In this document: positions 1-9,534 of the stretch, piece by piece
How positions within the stretch are numbered: the stretch's first letter is position 1
Layout of the letters: each line of letters opens with the position of its first letter
Source: an uncultured Acidobacteriota bacterium
GTDB taxonomy: Bacteria > Acidobacteriota > JAQAZP01
Length of the DNA: 64,000 nt
Reading direction: 5' to 3'
NCBI GenBank assembly: GCA_963836075.1
Contig: CAWIIB010000009.1
Coordinates: forward strand, 992,001-1,056,000
The notes under the pieces: generated by a model
What the model was told of the DNA's origin: nothing
What the model saw: only the letters and a program-made list of their open reading frames with translations
Database searches by the model: none
Position numbers and translations under genes: made by a program

Positions 1-1390
1 CTGAAATTCGGTGCCGGCGTAGCCGGGCGCATCACCCACGAAACCGTCGGCCTCGAAGGTGATGCGGCCGACCCGGGCCTCGACATTTTCGGCACGGAAC
101 CCGTGCTCCGCCCGCAGCAGGCGCCCGCGTACCTCGTACGGTTCGGCGGGGAGCTCCAGCCCGAACAGCGCAGCCAGGGAGGAGGCGTCCGGCCCCTCGC
201 CCCGGACCGTGAAATCGGAACCCGTCATCCGCGGCGGTTTGCCCAGAGATCCGTCCGCCAGCAGACGGTTCTCGCCGACCTGCAGCGTCAACTCCTTGAA
301 AATCAACGGGAAATCCTGCCAGGTGAGGCCGCCGCGCACCTCGAAGGGGGCGGGCGGAAGATGTTTCACGCCGGTCAGACGCGCCGGCCGCCCCAAGGTC
401 GGGCCCCGAGGCGTCCACCGTGATATCGAGCAAACCGGGCCTCCTCAGCGAGTCGATGAATCCGTGTATCTCGGCAGCGAGGTCCCCCAGATCGGCGACC
501 AGCGCTATTTTGTTTCCGGAAGGTGAGGGTTTGACGTGCGCCTCGAGCCGGATCGGCCCCTTGCCCAGTGACGGGAGATCAAACGCCCCGGTCAGCGCCG
601 TTGTGTCGGGTCCGTCCAGCTTCAGATCGATGGTGGTGCCGCCGAGATGAGCATGTTTGGAGAGTTGTCCGGACGTGGTGAAATCCGCTTCGCCCAGGCG
701 GCCTTCGAAATCGAACTGAACGCACTTGGCGGTGAGCAGGCCCAGCAGCGGCCCGGTCCGTCCTTCGAGCCCCAGGGCCGTCCCGTTCAGGTGGCTGTCC
801 AGCTGCACATCGAGGGAATCCGTCAGGTCTGAGGAAAATCCGAAGCGGGCAACCGCCCATTGGAACGGGTGCTCCCGGGTGGAAGGGTGGATGATCACCT
901 CCACGTCATTGAATTCGGCATGATCGATGAGGTAATGCAAGGTTTTGATCGGGCCGACCGTATCCTTCTTGAGAGCTTGGAATGACCAGTTCACCGGATG
1001 GTCGGGCCAGGTCTCCACCAGGACACGGGCTCCCTCGATTTCCAGGTGGCGGATGTGAAAAGGCCCGTGGAGCAGCGACCAGAGATCCACCGAGACCGAG
1101 AGACGCTCGACGGCGGCCATTGCCGGTTCGCTGCCCCGCGGCACGTTGGCCAGCGTGATCTCAGTCGCCTCCAGGGAGGGGGTGAGCGAGAAGGCCGGCT
1201 CGAATGTGCCGTTGATGCGCAGTTCCCGGCCCAGGATATCGCTGACCCGCCGCTCGACAGCCCCGCGGTGTCTGCTCAGGTCGCCGAACTCGAGGTAGAG
1301 CAGGCCGGCAGTCAATACCATCACCGGCAGCGCGGCGAGCAGACCAAGCGCGATCAGGATTTTTGTTCTGCGGCGCATCCAGTTCTCCAT
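1..1390 (-). CDS. AsmA-family protein (N-terminal part; runs off the left edge; single-base frameshift near 380)
   Basis: N-terminal membrane anchor (RRRTKILIALGLLAALPVMVL) followed by AsmA-like beta-rich sequence (LGRELRING...LSVSVDLWSLL...IRHLEIEGARV). The ORF-track tail is out of frame; a shifted frame after ...DLGAAG reads LTGVKHLPPAPFEVRGGL...GYAGTEFQ and stays open to position 1. Confidence 0.75.
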
Positions 1391-1611
1391 GGTGGTGCTT
1401 CGGTCAATGGTGCATCTTAGCGTTTCCTTTTCCATCCTGGAAATGGTTTGATCCGCGGTATCCTCGGCTTGAAGGGGCGTATTTCATGCTGTATCCTGAA
1501 ACATGGAAACCAGCGGGGCGCGAACCGACCGGCCTGGAGATCCGTATCAATAGTGTTATCAACGTGAGATGACCGACGCCCGGACTGCGGTGCATCATCA
1601 GGAGGCGGATC

Positions 1612-2248
1612 ATGAACAGGATGTGGCAGGTTCTTGCGGTATTGTTGGTGCTGTTCACCGGGTGTTCGCTGGCCCAGGCCCAGACCGACACGCAATTCGA
1701 GATCACGCCTTTCTACGGCTACCAGTTCGGCGGCGACTTTATCGACCGCTGGAGCGACAACGACACCATCAGGGCGAAGATCGACGAGTCGGCCAACTAT
1801 GGCCTGATGGTGAACATCGGTGTCTTCAAGGGGTTCCAGATCGAGCTGATGTACAGCCGGCAGGACACGGAACTGGTGCCGGACCGGCGCCCGCCGGAAG
1901 ACTGGGTTGATCTCGACATGACCGTGGAGTACTACCACGCCGGCGCACTCTACCAGTGGAAGTTCGACAAGGTCGTTCCTTACGTGGCCGGTTCCCTGGG
2001 CGCCACCCGCTTTGCTCCGGAACAGCTGAGAAGCGACACAAAATTCTCGGTCAGCGGGGGCGGCGGGGTGAAACTGATGTTCAGCCCGCACGTGGGCCTG
2101 CGCTTTGACGGCCGCCTCTACTCCACCTTCATCGAGAGCAACGACGAAGAGTACTACAACGATTACTGGGACGAGGTACTACACCTACCGCGAAAAGACC
2201 TTCCTGCACCAGTGGAATTTCAAAGCGGGCCTGGTGTTCGCTTTCTGA
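1612..2248 (+). CDS. Outer-membrane beta-barrel protein (small OMP family), frameshift near 2176
   Basis: GGAGG RBS, signal peptide, FEITPFYGYQFGG N-terminus and alternating beta strands. Removing one base at ~2176 gives ...YYTYREKTFLHQWNFKAGLVFAF-stop (TGA 2246-2248) with a terminal Phe beta-signal. Paralogous to 8846-9493. Confidence 0.8.
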
Positions 2249-2287
2249 TAATGGCCGCGGTGGCCGGCCCCCCGGCGTTCAGCGCCG

Positions 2288-2482
2288 TCACCACTTGAAG
2301 TGAATGGCCAGGGCCGCGCCGCTCAGCGCCATGTCGTGGATGAACTCGTACTCTCCCTGGTCGAAGTAGAGGTAGCGGTAGGCCAGCAGGACGCCGCCCC
2401 AGTGCCAGTCGTAGCCGATACCGGTCATCCCCTGCCAGGTGAACTTCGAATCCGCTGGTTCCACACTCGTCATGATTGACAC
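2288..2482 (-). pseudogene. C-terminal remnant of an outer-membrane beta-barrel protein
   Basis: SKFTWQGMTGIGYDWHWGGVLLAYRYLYFDQ...LSGAALAIHFKW looks like the last beta-strands and aromatic terminus of an OMP. No signal peptide or N-terminal part is present upstream. Confidence 0.55.
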
Positions 2483-2697
2483 GGCAAGTGCTCACCTGTG
2501 ATTGCGGCCATTGCCAAGGCCGGGGCGCTGGGGATCATCCGCCTGCCTGACGGAGAGAACGGCGGCAGCAAGTCCTGACCGGGTTTTGCGGCGGCGGGAA
2601 TGGTCCGGTGATCGGGTGGGGTACAACAAAAGCCGGACCGTTTGAACGCTGCGTGGCAGCACTTCAGCCGATCCGGCAAGAACATGCTATCTATTGC

Positions 2698-3255
2698 CTA
2701 GAAGCGATACGCCACACCGGCGCTCAGGCCGAGGCCGTTGAGGCTGAGGTCAAACGTGTCCAGCGTGAGGCCATGCTCCACGTTGCCTTCGATAACGCGA
2801 TACATGACATCGGCCCAGAAGGCCCAGGGCGCACCCGGCTCACCGGACTGGTAGCCCAGGTCCGCGTACCAGCCCCAGGCGTCATCCATCCGGCCGTTGT
2901 TCACGTCGAGAAACGCGTAGGTCAGGCCGGCGCCAAGCCAGAGGTTCCGGTTTTCCATGAAGTGGTAGTTCACACCCACGTCAACCGGCAGCGCCATGAC
3001 GTCGTAACCATGGAACACTTCCGGCACGGAGCTCGTGTCGAAGCCCAGGTCACCCATGTAACTCAGGCGAGCCATGATCCCCCACGGCGATTCACCCATC
3101 AGCCAGTCGGCACTGATGCCGCCGCCCCATGAGCTCTCGGTGTCGGAACCGTCATAGTAGTGAAGGAACAACGCATAGTTGGACTCGGCCGCTGCGGGCA
3201 GGGTCACACAGGCGCACATCAGGGCCGCGACCAGCAGAAAACCAAATTTCTTCAT
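2698..3255 (-). CDS. Outer-membrane beta-barrel protein (OmpW/OmpA-barrel-like)
   Basis: GAGGAGG RBS, classical signal peptide (MKKFGFLLVAALMCACVTLPAAA), about 8 amphipathic strands, C-terminus GVAYRF. Confidence 0.8.
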   Translation of the reverse strand: MKKFGFLLVAALMCACVTLPAAAESNYALFLHYYDGSDTESSWGGGISADWLMGESPWGIMARLSYMGDLGFDTSSVPEVFHGYDVMALPVDVGVNYHFMENRNLWLGAGLTYAFLDVNNGRMDDAWGWYADLGYQSGEPGAPWAFWADVMYRVIEGNVEHGLTLDTFDLSLNGLGLSAGVAYRF

Positions 3256-3791
3256 CTTCCAATCCTCCTCACTGTTCGTGTCATCGCATCGTCCGGCGGT
3301 GCCGGCACCATTGATCCCGATGCGACAGGTTACCGAAAAGATATACAGACCTCAAAGGCGATGATCACTTCATGGTTATCGTAAATTTCTTCAGTCCCGG
3401 GATATGTCAGATTTACTCTACCTCCTTTCGAGAGACGAACGAATCGTGTCGCCACGGAATTGAAGAGACCGGAATTTTCAAACGAACAGAACCCTGCAAT
3501 AGAATACCCGCATATTCCAAGGTATGTTTCAAACCAGTGTAAATTACCCAAAAGATGTAATTTGCATTGCAGTGAACCGCCCACATCCTACAGAAAAACC
3601 TGAGATATTTCAACGGTGTTACGCTATTTCTTCCGTTTTGTTCCATTCGCCCACTTTCGGGGGCGACCCCGTTTTACCTCCTTAAATACAACTTCCGGGT
3701 AATTTACATCCGTATGTCAAAAATTCAACAATAGAAGAGTCGAGGCGTATTCAGCTCGTTTTCCTGGTCAAAGATCTGAAACACCGGCGAT

Positions 3792-4208
3792 TTGGGGCCG
3801 GATGCCCGAATCGAGATATCCCCTGGTATGGGCGGGATGGGCCGGCCGCTCACACCCCTCTCCGTTGCGGGGGTTGCCCGACGCACCACCAGACGTGTCG
3901 TGGTGGCCGGCAGCACAACGGCAGCATATAACGCGGCAGCGGCGAACAGCGCGGCGGCCGCACAGAGCGCGGCGGCCGCACAGAGCGCGGCGGCCGCACA
4001 GAGCGCGGCGGCCGCACAGAGCGCGGCGGCCGCGGAGAGTGCGGCGGCGGCCAGCGGCGTGCCCGCCGTGGGAACCGTCGTGACCGCGCTTCCCGGGGAC
4101 TGTAAACCCACCACGCTGAATGGCGTCGAGTACTACAACTGCGGGGGCGTTTACTACCGGGCGGCGTTCCAGGGGAACAACCTGGTCTACGTGGTCCAGC
4201 AACCGTAG
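3792..4208 (+). CDS. Hypothetical protein of the GRPLTPxSVAGVARRTTRR type with Ala-rich repeat and DUF6515-like C-terminus (start uncertain, possibly 5'-truncated)
   Basis: Conserved-looking GRPLTPLSVAGVARRTTRR motif and C-terminal ALPGDC...NGVEYYNCGGVYYRAAFQGNNLVYVVQQP. No signal peptide is visible. Confidence 0.55.
   Translation: MGPDARIEISPGMGGMGRPLTPLSVAGVARRTTRRVVVAGSTTAAYNAAAANSAAAAQSAAAAQSAAAAQSAAAAQSAAAAESAAAASGVPAVGTVVTALPGDCKPTTLNGVEYYNCGGVYYRAAFQGNNLVYVVQQP
3951..4040 (+). repeat. 18-bp coding tandem repeat (GCGGCGGCCGCACAGAGC x4 plus one variant), encoding AAAAQS
   Basis: Directly visible perfect repeats at 3951-4022 and a degenerate fifth copy to 4040. Confidence 0.95.
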
Positions 4209-4282
4209 CACCCTCACCAGGCACGTTGCGGGTGCCTGAAGCAGATCCCCATCGTGCCTGGCCCGTCTTGTTTTCCTCAAAG

Positions 4283-4312
4283 GCGATGCCGAGTTCCCGG
4301 GCATCGCTTTTT
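4283..4312 (+). terminator. Probable intrinsic terminator
   Basis: Stem GCGATGCC/GGCATCGC followed by a T run, downstream of the 3792-4208 ORF. Confidence 0.55.
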
Positions 4313-4463
4313 CTGTCACGCATCGCCATTGGTATGGATCCCCGCTGCTCACCTTGCTGCCGGTTGACCCATTTCCACCGGATACGTATTGTTTGTGCAG
4401 GCAATGGATTCGCCAAAAATCTTCAGCCCTTGATCGCCTTTCGAAGGATCGAAGGAGCCGGCC

Positions 4464-6731
4464 ATGAAGACCCGTCTGATGCAACTGTGCCTTACCGTCC
4501 TGGCCCTCTCTTTTGTCGTCTCACCTGCGGTTGTCGCCCAGGCCGTTGACGGGCCGGTGGAAACGGCAACCCGCCCCACCATCGGCCTGGCGCTCAGCGG
4601 CGGCGGAGCCAAGGGGCTGGCCCACATCGGCGTGCTGCGCAAGCTCGAGGAGTGGAACATCCCGGTGGACTACGTGGCCGGCACCAGCATGGGGGCGGTG
4701 ATCGGCGGGCTCTATGCCACCGGCATGACCGCCGACCAGATCGAGGCGGCCGTCCTCGACATCGACTGGACCGATCTGCTGCAGGACGACCCGCAGCGCG
4801 AGTACCGGTCGTTCCGGCGCAAGGAGGAGGACCGGCTCTACATGCTCGACTTCGAGTTCGGGCTGCGCGGCCTGAAGCTGATGGCCCCCCGGGGCTTCCG
4901 CCAGGGGCAGAAACTGACCTACATGCTGCGCAACCTGACCCAGCCGGTGGCCGGGATCACCGACTTTGATGCACTCCCCGTTCCATTCCGGGCGGTGGCC
5001 ACCAACCTGATCAACGGGGACATGGTGGTTCTCGACGAAGGGGACCTGGCCGCGGCCATCCGGGCCAGTATGGCCATCCCCGGGGTGTTCACGCCGGTGG
5101 AAATCGACGACCTGCTGCTGGTGGACGGGGGATCGGTCCGCAATATCCCGGTGGACGTGGTGCGGGCCATGGGCGCCGACATCGTCATCGCCATCGACAT
5201 CAGCGCCCCGCTGGGGGACCGGGAGAAACTGACCTCCTCCCTCGCCGTCACCGGCCAGACCCTCGGTTTTCTCACCCGGCTCAATGTCGAGGCGCAGCTG
5301 CCCCTGGCCGACCTGGTGCTGCGCCCGGCGGTGGCCGGGATCGGGGTGCTCGATTTTTCCGACCCGTCCGGGATCATCACCCTCGGCCTGGACGAGGCCG
5401 AGCTGAAGAAAAGTGACCTGGTGACCATGGCCCTTCCAGCTGAAGAGTACGCCAGGCACCGGGCCGGCCAGTCCGTGCCCCGCTTCGAGATGCCGCTGAT
5501 TACAAACCTGCGGATTACCGGGCTGGAGCGGGTGGACGAGAGGATCGTCCGCCGCCGGATCCGGCTGCAGCCGGGCGACCGCCTGAATTTCGACGCCCTC
5601 TACACCGACCTGGGACGGATTTACGGCCTCGGGGATTTCCAGTCGGTGGACTATTCGCTGATCCCCGGGGAGGACGGCGTGGAGCTGGTGATCCAGGCCA
5701 GGGAGAAGGAGTGGGGCCCCAATTTCGTCACTTTCGGCCTCGACTTCGAGATCGACGAGGACCAGGGAAGCACGTTCAACCTCAAGCTGCTCCACCGGGC
5801 CACCAATCTCAACCGTTATGGCGCCGAATGGCGAAACGTGCTGCGGATCGGCCGGGAAACCAGTATTAACACGGAGTTCTACCAGCCTTTCGACTACTAC
5901 AGCCGCTGGTTCGTTGCCCCCGGCATCTACGTGGGCAATGAACTGGTCAACCGCTACCAGAACGGGAAAAAAGCCGCCGAATACACCCAGCGGCTGCAAT
6001 ACGGAGCTCTCGATTTCGGCTATCAGTTCAGCAACAAAGCCCAGGTCCGCCTGGGGCCGATATTCGGATGGGCCCGGATATCGCGAAACACCGGGGTGGA
6101 CATACCTGTCAAACCGGGTGACCCTGACGGCCACACCGGCACCAGCCAGGGTCTGGTACCGGAATCGCCGACCCTGGGCGCCGTCAACCTGAAAGTCTCG
6201 ATCGATACCGTCGACCGGGTCACCTTCCCCCGGGCGGGCGGTGCGGGAATCCTCAACGCCTACATATCTATGGAAGCCATGGGGGCGGACGACGACTACG
6301 AACGGATCGAGGGCCGCTACAGCCGCTTCTTCAGCCGCGGGCGGCACACCGTGTTCGGCACTTTGGGCGGCGGCACCAGCCTGGGCGGCGGCCTTCCGGC
6401 CTACCACCAGTTCACGCTGGGCGGGATATTCTCTTTTTCCGGGTACGGGCCGGACGAGCTGCGCGGCAACTACTATGCCGTGGGGCGGCTGGGATACTAT
6501 GCCAGCCTGTTCAAGCTGCCCACCACCATGGGCCAGAACCTGTTCTTTGGCGGGTGGGTCGAGAAGGGCAATACCTGGTTCGACTCCAGCGACATCTCGT
6601 GGAGCAACACCAATGACACCATAACCCTTCTCGCCGGGGCCGACACGTTGGTGGGTCCGATCTACTTTGCCTGGGGCAAGGGGACCGGGGGCCGTTCCGC
6701 ATTCTTCATCAGCGTGGGCAGCGGGTTTTAG
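4464..6731 (+). CDS. Patatin-like phospholipase with POTRA and Omp85-type barrel (PlpD / type Vd autotransporter-like)
   Basis: Signal peptide; patatin motifs GGGAKG, GTSMG and DGG; POTRA-like segment (ITNLRITGLERVDERIVRRRI); C-terminal barrel ending FFISVGSGF. Confidence 0.9.
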   Translation: MKTRLMQLCLTVLALSFVVSPAVVAQAVDGPVETATRPTIGLALSGGGAKGLAHIGVLRKLEEWNIPVDYVAGTSMGAVIGGLYATGMTADQIEAAVLDIDWTDLLQDDPQREYRSFRRKEEDRLYMLDFEFGLRGLKLMAPRGFRQGQKLTYMLRNLTQPVAGITDFDALPVPFRAVATNLINGDMVVLDEGDLAAAIRASMAIPGVFTPVEIDDLLLVDGGSVRNIPVDVVRAMGADIVIAIDISAPLGDREKLTSSLAVTGQTLGFLTRLNVEAQLPLADLVLRPAVAGIGVLDFSDPSGIITLGLDEAELKKSDLVTMALPAEEYARHRAGQSVPRFEMPLITNLRITGLERVDERIVRRRIRLQPGDRLNFDALYTDLGRIYGLGDFQSVDYSLIPGEDGVELVIQAREKEWGPNFVTFGLDFEIDEDQGSTFNLKLLHRATNLNRYGAEWRNVLRIGRETSINTEFYQPFDYYSRWFVAPGIYVGNELVNRYQNGKKAAEYTQRLQYGALDFGYQFSNKAQVRLGPIFGWARISRNTGVDIPVKPGDPDGHTGTSQGLVPESPTLGAVNLKVSIDTVDRVTFPRAGGAGILNAYISMEAMGADDDYERIEGRYSRFFSRGRHTVFGTLGGGTSLGGGLPAYHQFTLGGIFSFSGYGPDELRGNYYAVGRLGYYASLFKLPTTMGQNLFFGGWVEKGNTWFDSSDISWSNTNDTITLLAGADTLVGPIYFAWGKGTGGRSAFFISVGSGF

Positions 6732-6762
6732 CCCGGACTTCTCTCAGTCCGTCTGCTGCGGG

Positions 6763-7323
6763 CTAGCCCTGGACAGGGAAGTCCCGGAAGAGCCTCTTGA
6801 TCGCCTTGCGAATGTCGGCGGGTTCGAGGTCCGAAGGGTTGCGGAACTTCCTGGAGAATTGCCCCTGCCAGACGCGCTTCAACGTGTCGCGGTCCTCGAC
6901 GTTGAAGATCAGAGTGCCTTTCTTGATCGGATCCTGGTAGGCGACGGGCCCGCCGCCGTCCCCGGTGCTCAGCAGCGGGACTCCGGTGGCCTCTCCGGTG
7001 AGGGTCGGGTCGGTCTGCCGGCCGGCGCGCTCGACGTCGAGGGCCACGTGGAAGGAGACCAGGAGGTCCGCTTCCTCCTTCGTTGCCGCACTCAGGCCCC
7101 GATCGGTCAGTTCGCGGTTCACCGCGGCTGTTATCCGCTCGGCCGCTTCGGGGAAGTCCCGTTCCAGTACACGCTTGTCGTCCGGGTCCACGGCCGGCCA
7201 GGCAAAGGTCTGGTAAGCAGAGAAATCGACGGTCTTGTCATGGTGGACCTTCACCTCGTCGCAGCCCGTGCTGACCAGGGCCAATAGAACGGAGAGCAGC
7301 AGAAGTCCGGCTATTCTCGTCAT
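6763..7323 (-). CDS. DUF4136-family lipoprotein
   Basis: Lipobox-like STGC; VDFSAYQTFAW, ADLLVSF and GTLIFNVEDRDTLKRVWQG motifs typical of DUF4136. Confidence 0.8.
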   Translation of the reverse strand: MTRIAGLLLLSVLLALVSTGCDEVKVHHDKTVDFSAYQTFAWPAVDPDDKRVLERDFPEAAERITAAVNRELTDRGLSAATKEEADLLVSFHVALDVERAGRQTDPTLTGEATGVPLLSTGDGGGPVAYQDPIKKGTLIFNVEDRDTLKRVWQGQFSRKFRNPSDLEPADIRKAIKRLFRDFPVQG

Positions 7324-7358
7324 TCGATAGTTCCTCCAACTTGGTTGACAACATCCTC

Positions 7359-7440
7359 GGAGGGGGGACGTACATGAATATATGAATATTTGATTCTCCA
7401 GGAAATCAAATATTCATATATTCATGTACGTCCCCCCTCC
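7359..7440. mobile_element. Palindromic miniature element (MITE/REPIN-like), copy 1
   Basis: 37-bp perfect inverted arms (GGAGGGGGGACGTACATGAATATATGAATATTTGATT) around an 8-nt loop. The arm sequence matches the ends of the transposase element at 27566-28754. Confidence 0.9.
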
Positions 7441-8735
7441 TCCCCCTCCCCGCTCACCAGTTCGGCGATGGTGCGGCCCTGGAGGGAGCCGTGCCCGGCG
7501 GTTTGATAACCGGCCAGCACCAGGTCCGCGGTGCGGTCCAGCTCATCCTCCCGGTCGGCCCATCCGGCAACGTCACTGAACACGGCGCGGATCACCTCGG
7601 AGATGGTGATTTCACTCAGCGATCGCGAAGGGATCCACCCCTCGTTGCGGTTGCCTCCGGCCACCCGGCGCAGCAGGCCTGCGTCGTTCAGTAGGCTCAT
7701 CTGATCCTCCACCATCACCAGCGAGATTGAAAACTGCCCGGCCAGCTCGTCGGCGGAGGGCGGTGTCTCGCCGCGGTGGAAGGCGCTGGCGATGTGCAGG
7801 TAGAGGCGCAGAGTCAGAGACAACCGCCCGGCGATGTCTCTTTCGGCCAGGGCATGATTCCCGGCCAGGGCCGCGCGATACTGGTGGGTGTAGCTCACCT
7901 CGAGGCCGAAGAGGATAATCAGCCAGGTGATGTAAAGCCAGATGAGGAAGATGGGGATCACCGCCAGCGAGCCGTAGATCGCCGAGTAACGCACCGATTG
8001 GCCGATGGAGATGGCGAAGAGATATTTGCCCGCTTCCCACATGATGCCGGTGGTGAGAGCGCCGAAGAGGGCGCTGCGAAACCGCACCCTGGTGTAGGGG
8101 ATGATCTGGTACATCAGCAGGAAGGCGGCGAGGGAGAGGAGGAAGGGAACGAGCCAGGCGTAGACGGTGGAGAAGAACCCGGGGTCGATCCTCGTCCCGT
8201 TGATAATCATCGCCTTGATCTGTGCCGAGATGGAGACGCTGGCCCCGAGCAGGATGGTGCCGAAGACGAGCATCGAAGTGTAGGCAGTGAGCTTGCTGAT
8301 CACGCTGCGGCGGCTCCGCACGTGCCAGATCTCGTTGAAGTTCGATTCGATGTTGTCGAGGAGCAGGATCGCGGTGAAGAGCAGGGCGATGGAGCCCACT
8401 AGACTGAGGGTCCTGGCGTTGTCGGTGAACTGGTTGATATAGGTGACTATATCATCCTGATGGGCTGGGAGGAGGATGGAGAAGATCAGTTCCTGCACCG
8501 TTTCCCGGATTTCCTCGAAGGCGGGGAAGGCGGCGAAGATCGAGAAGAGCACCGCCACCAGCGGGACGATGGCCAGCAGGGTGGAGTAAGCCAGACCGGA
8601 TGCCCTGATCAGCAGTTTGTCCCGGCCGCACTGATCGAACAGCGCAAACAGGAGCCTGAGCAGACGGATGGGGAGATGAGCCCATCGGGGCAGTGACTCA
8701 TCGTCCAGCCGGTTGAGCCGTTCAGTGATAGTCAT
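7422..8735 (-). CDS. YihY/virulence factor BrkB family membrane protein with C-terminal Rrf2-like winged HTH
   Basis: ASGLAYSTLLAIVPL and YSAIYGSLAVIPIFLIWLYITWLIILFG motifs, about 6 TM helices, and a C-terminal HTH-like region (SADELAGQFSISLVMVEDQMSLLNDAGLL). The stop codon lies inside the repeat element. Confidence 0.88.
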   Translation of the reverse strand: MTITERLNRLDDESLPRWAHLPIRLLRLLFALFDQCGRDKLLIRASGLAYSTLLAIVPLVAVLFSIFAAFPAFEEIRETVQELIFSILLPAHQDDIVTYINQFTDNARTLSLVGSIALLFTAILLLDNIESNFNEIWHVRSRRSVISKLTAYTSMLVFGTILLGASVSISAQIKAMIINGTRIDPGFFSTVYAWLVPFLLSLAAFLLMYQIIPYTRVRFRSALFGALTTGIMWEAGKYLFAISIGQSVRYSAIYGSLAVIPIFLIWLYITWLIILFGLEVSYTHQYRAALAGNHALAERDIAGRLSLTLRLYLHIASAFHRGETPPSADELAGQFSISLVMVEDQMSLLNDAGLLRRVAGGNRNEGWIPSRSLSEITISEVIRAVFSDVAGWADREDELDRTADLVLAGYQTAGHGSLQGRTIAELVSGEGEEGGRT

Positions 8736-8788
8736 CGCCTGATAATACCAGAGCGAGGGACCGCGTCCAACGGTGATCGGGATGATCG

Positions 8789-8858
8789 GGGACGTACATG
8801 AATATATGAATATTTGACTCTCTGGAAAATCAAATATTCATATATTCATGTACGTCCC
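8789..8858. mobile_element. Palindromic miniature element (MITE/REPIN-like), copy 2
   Basis: GGGACGTACATGAATATATGAATATTTGA...TCAAATATTCATATATTCATGTACGTCCC; arms identical to copy 1, with a different loop. Confidence 0.9.
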
Positions 8859-9493
8859 TGCTTCTTGCCGAGAGCGATCACCAGGCCGGCGGTCAGCTCG
8901 CCCTGCCAGAGCACGTTGCCGCTGACGCCGAAAGTGCAGCCGCCCGGGTACCCGCCGCAGATCAGGGCGGAACCTGAAGCGAAGTAGGTGCCCAGCAACC
9001 GGCCCTCAAAGCGCACACCCACCCGCTCGGCAAACATCAACTTGACCCCGCCGCCCAGACCGAAGGAGAAACGGGTGGCCGAGCTCAGTCCGGCACCATC
9101 GGGATTGAAGTGGGTTGCGCCCAGCGTGCCCAGACCGTAGGGCACGATATTGTCGGTGTGGTCCCCGAAGGCCATCAGGCCGCCGATGTGGAAGTAGTCG
9201 ACTCCCAGGTCCAGGCGGCCCAGATCGGGGTTGGTGGTGTTCAGCTCGCTGTCCTGGTGGCTCCAGCGAAAGACGATCCAGGTTTCGTCATAGGGGTCCA
9301 GTTCGATATCGACGCCCAGGCCATAGGTCGGGGCGTCCTTCAGGTCGTATCGGTCACCATAGTAATAGTCCACCACCTCACCGCCGAAATGGTAGCCGTA
9401 GAATGGCAAGAGTTCCACCATGCCGGCCGTGGCAGGAGACGCTATTGCCATGGTTGCCAGCACCAGCAGGGCGCCGGTAGTGATTCGTGACAT
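8846..9493 (-). CDS. Outer-membrane beta-barrel protein, paralog of 1612-2248
   Basis: Signal peptide; ELLPFYGYHFGG and FSFGLGGGVKLMF motifs shared with the 1612 gene. The last codons (GRT-stop) come from the repeat element. Confidence 0.82.
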   Translation of the reverse strand: MSRITTGALLVLATMAIASPATAGMVELLPFYGYHFGGEVVDYYYGDRYDLKDAPTYGLGVDIELDPYDETWIVFRWSHQDSELNTTNPDLGRLDLGVDYFHIGGLMAFGDHTDNIVPYGLGTLGATHFNPDGAGLSSATRFSFGLGGGVKLMFAERVGVRFEGRLLGTYFASGSALICGGYPGGCTFGVSGNVLWQGELTAGLVIALGKKQGRT

Positions 9494-9534
9494 GGGTCTT
9501 TCTTCCTTCCAAAATGGACCGGCCCCGTGCCAGG

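Noticed and set aside
3256-3790. AT-rich stretch as foreign DNA or small ORFs
   Set aside because: It is consistent with a divergent promoter region. The short ORFs lack RBS and motifs, and no repeats or mobile-element ends are seen.
7359-8858. Repeats as a CRISPR array or as simple rho-independent terminators
   Set aside because: There is no regularly spaced repeat-spacer series and no cas gene. The stems are long and AT-rich, lack a U-tract and match transposase-flanking ends.
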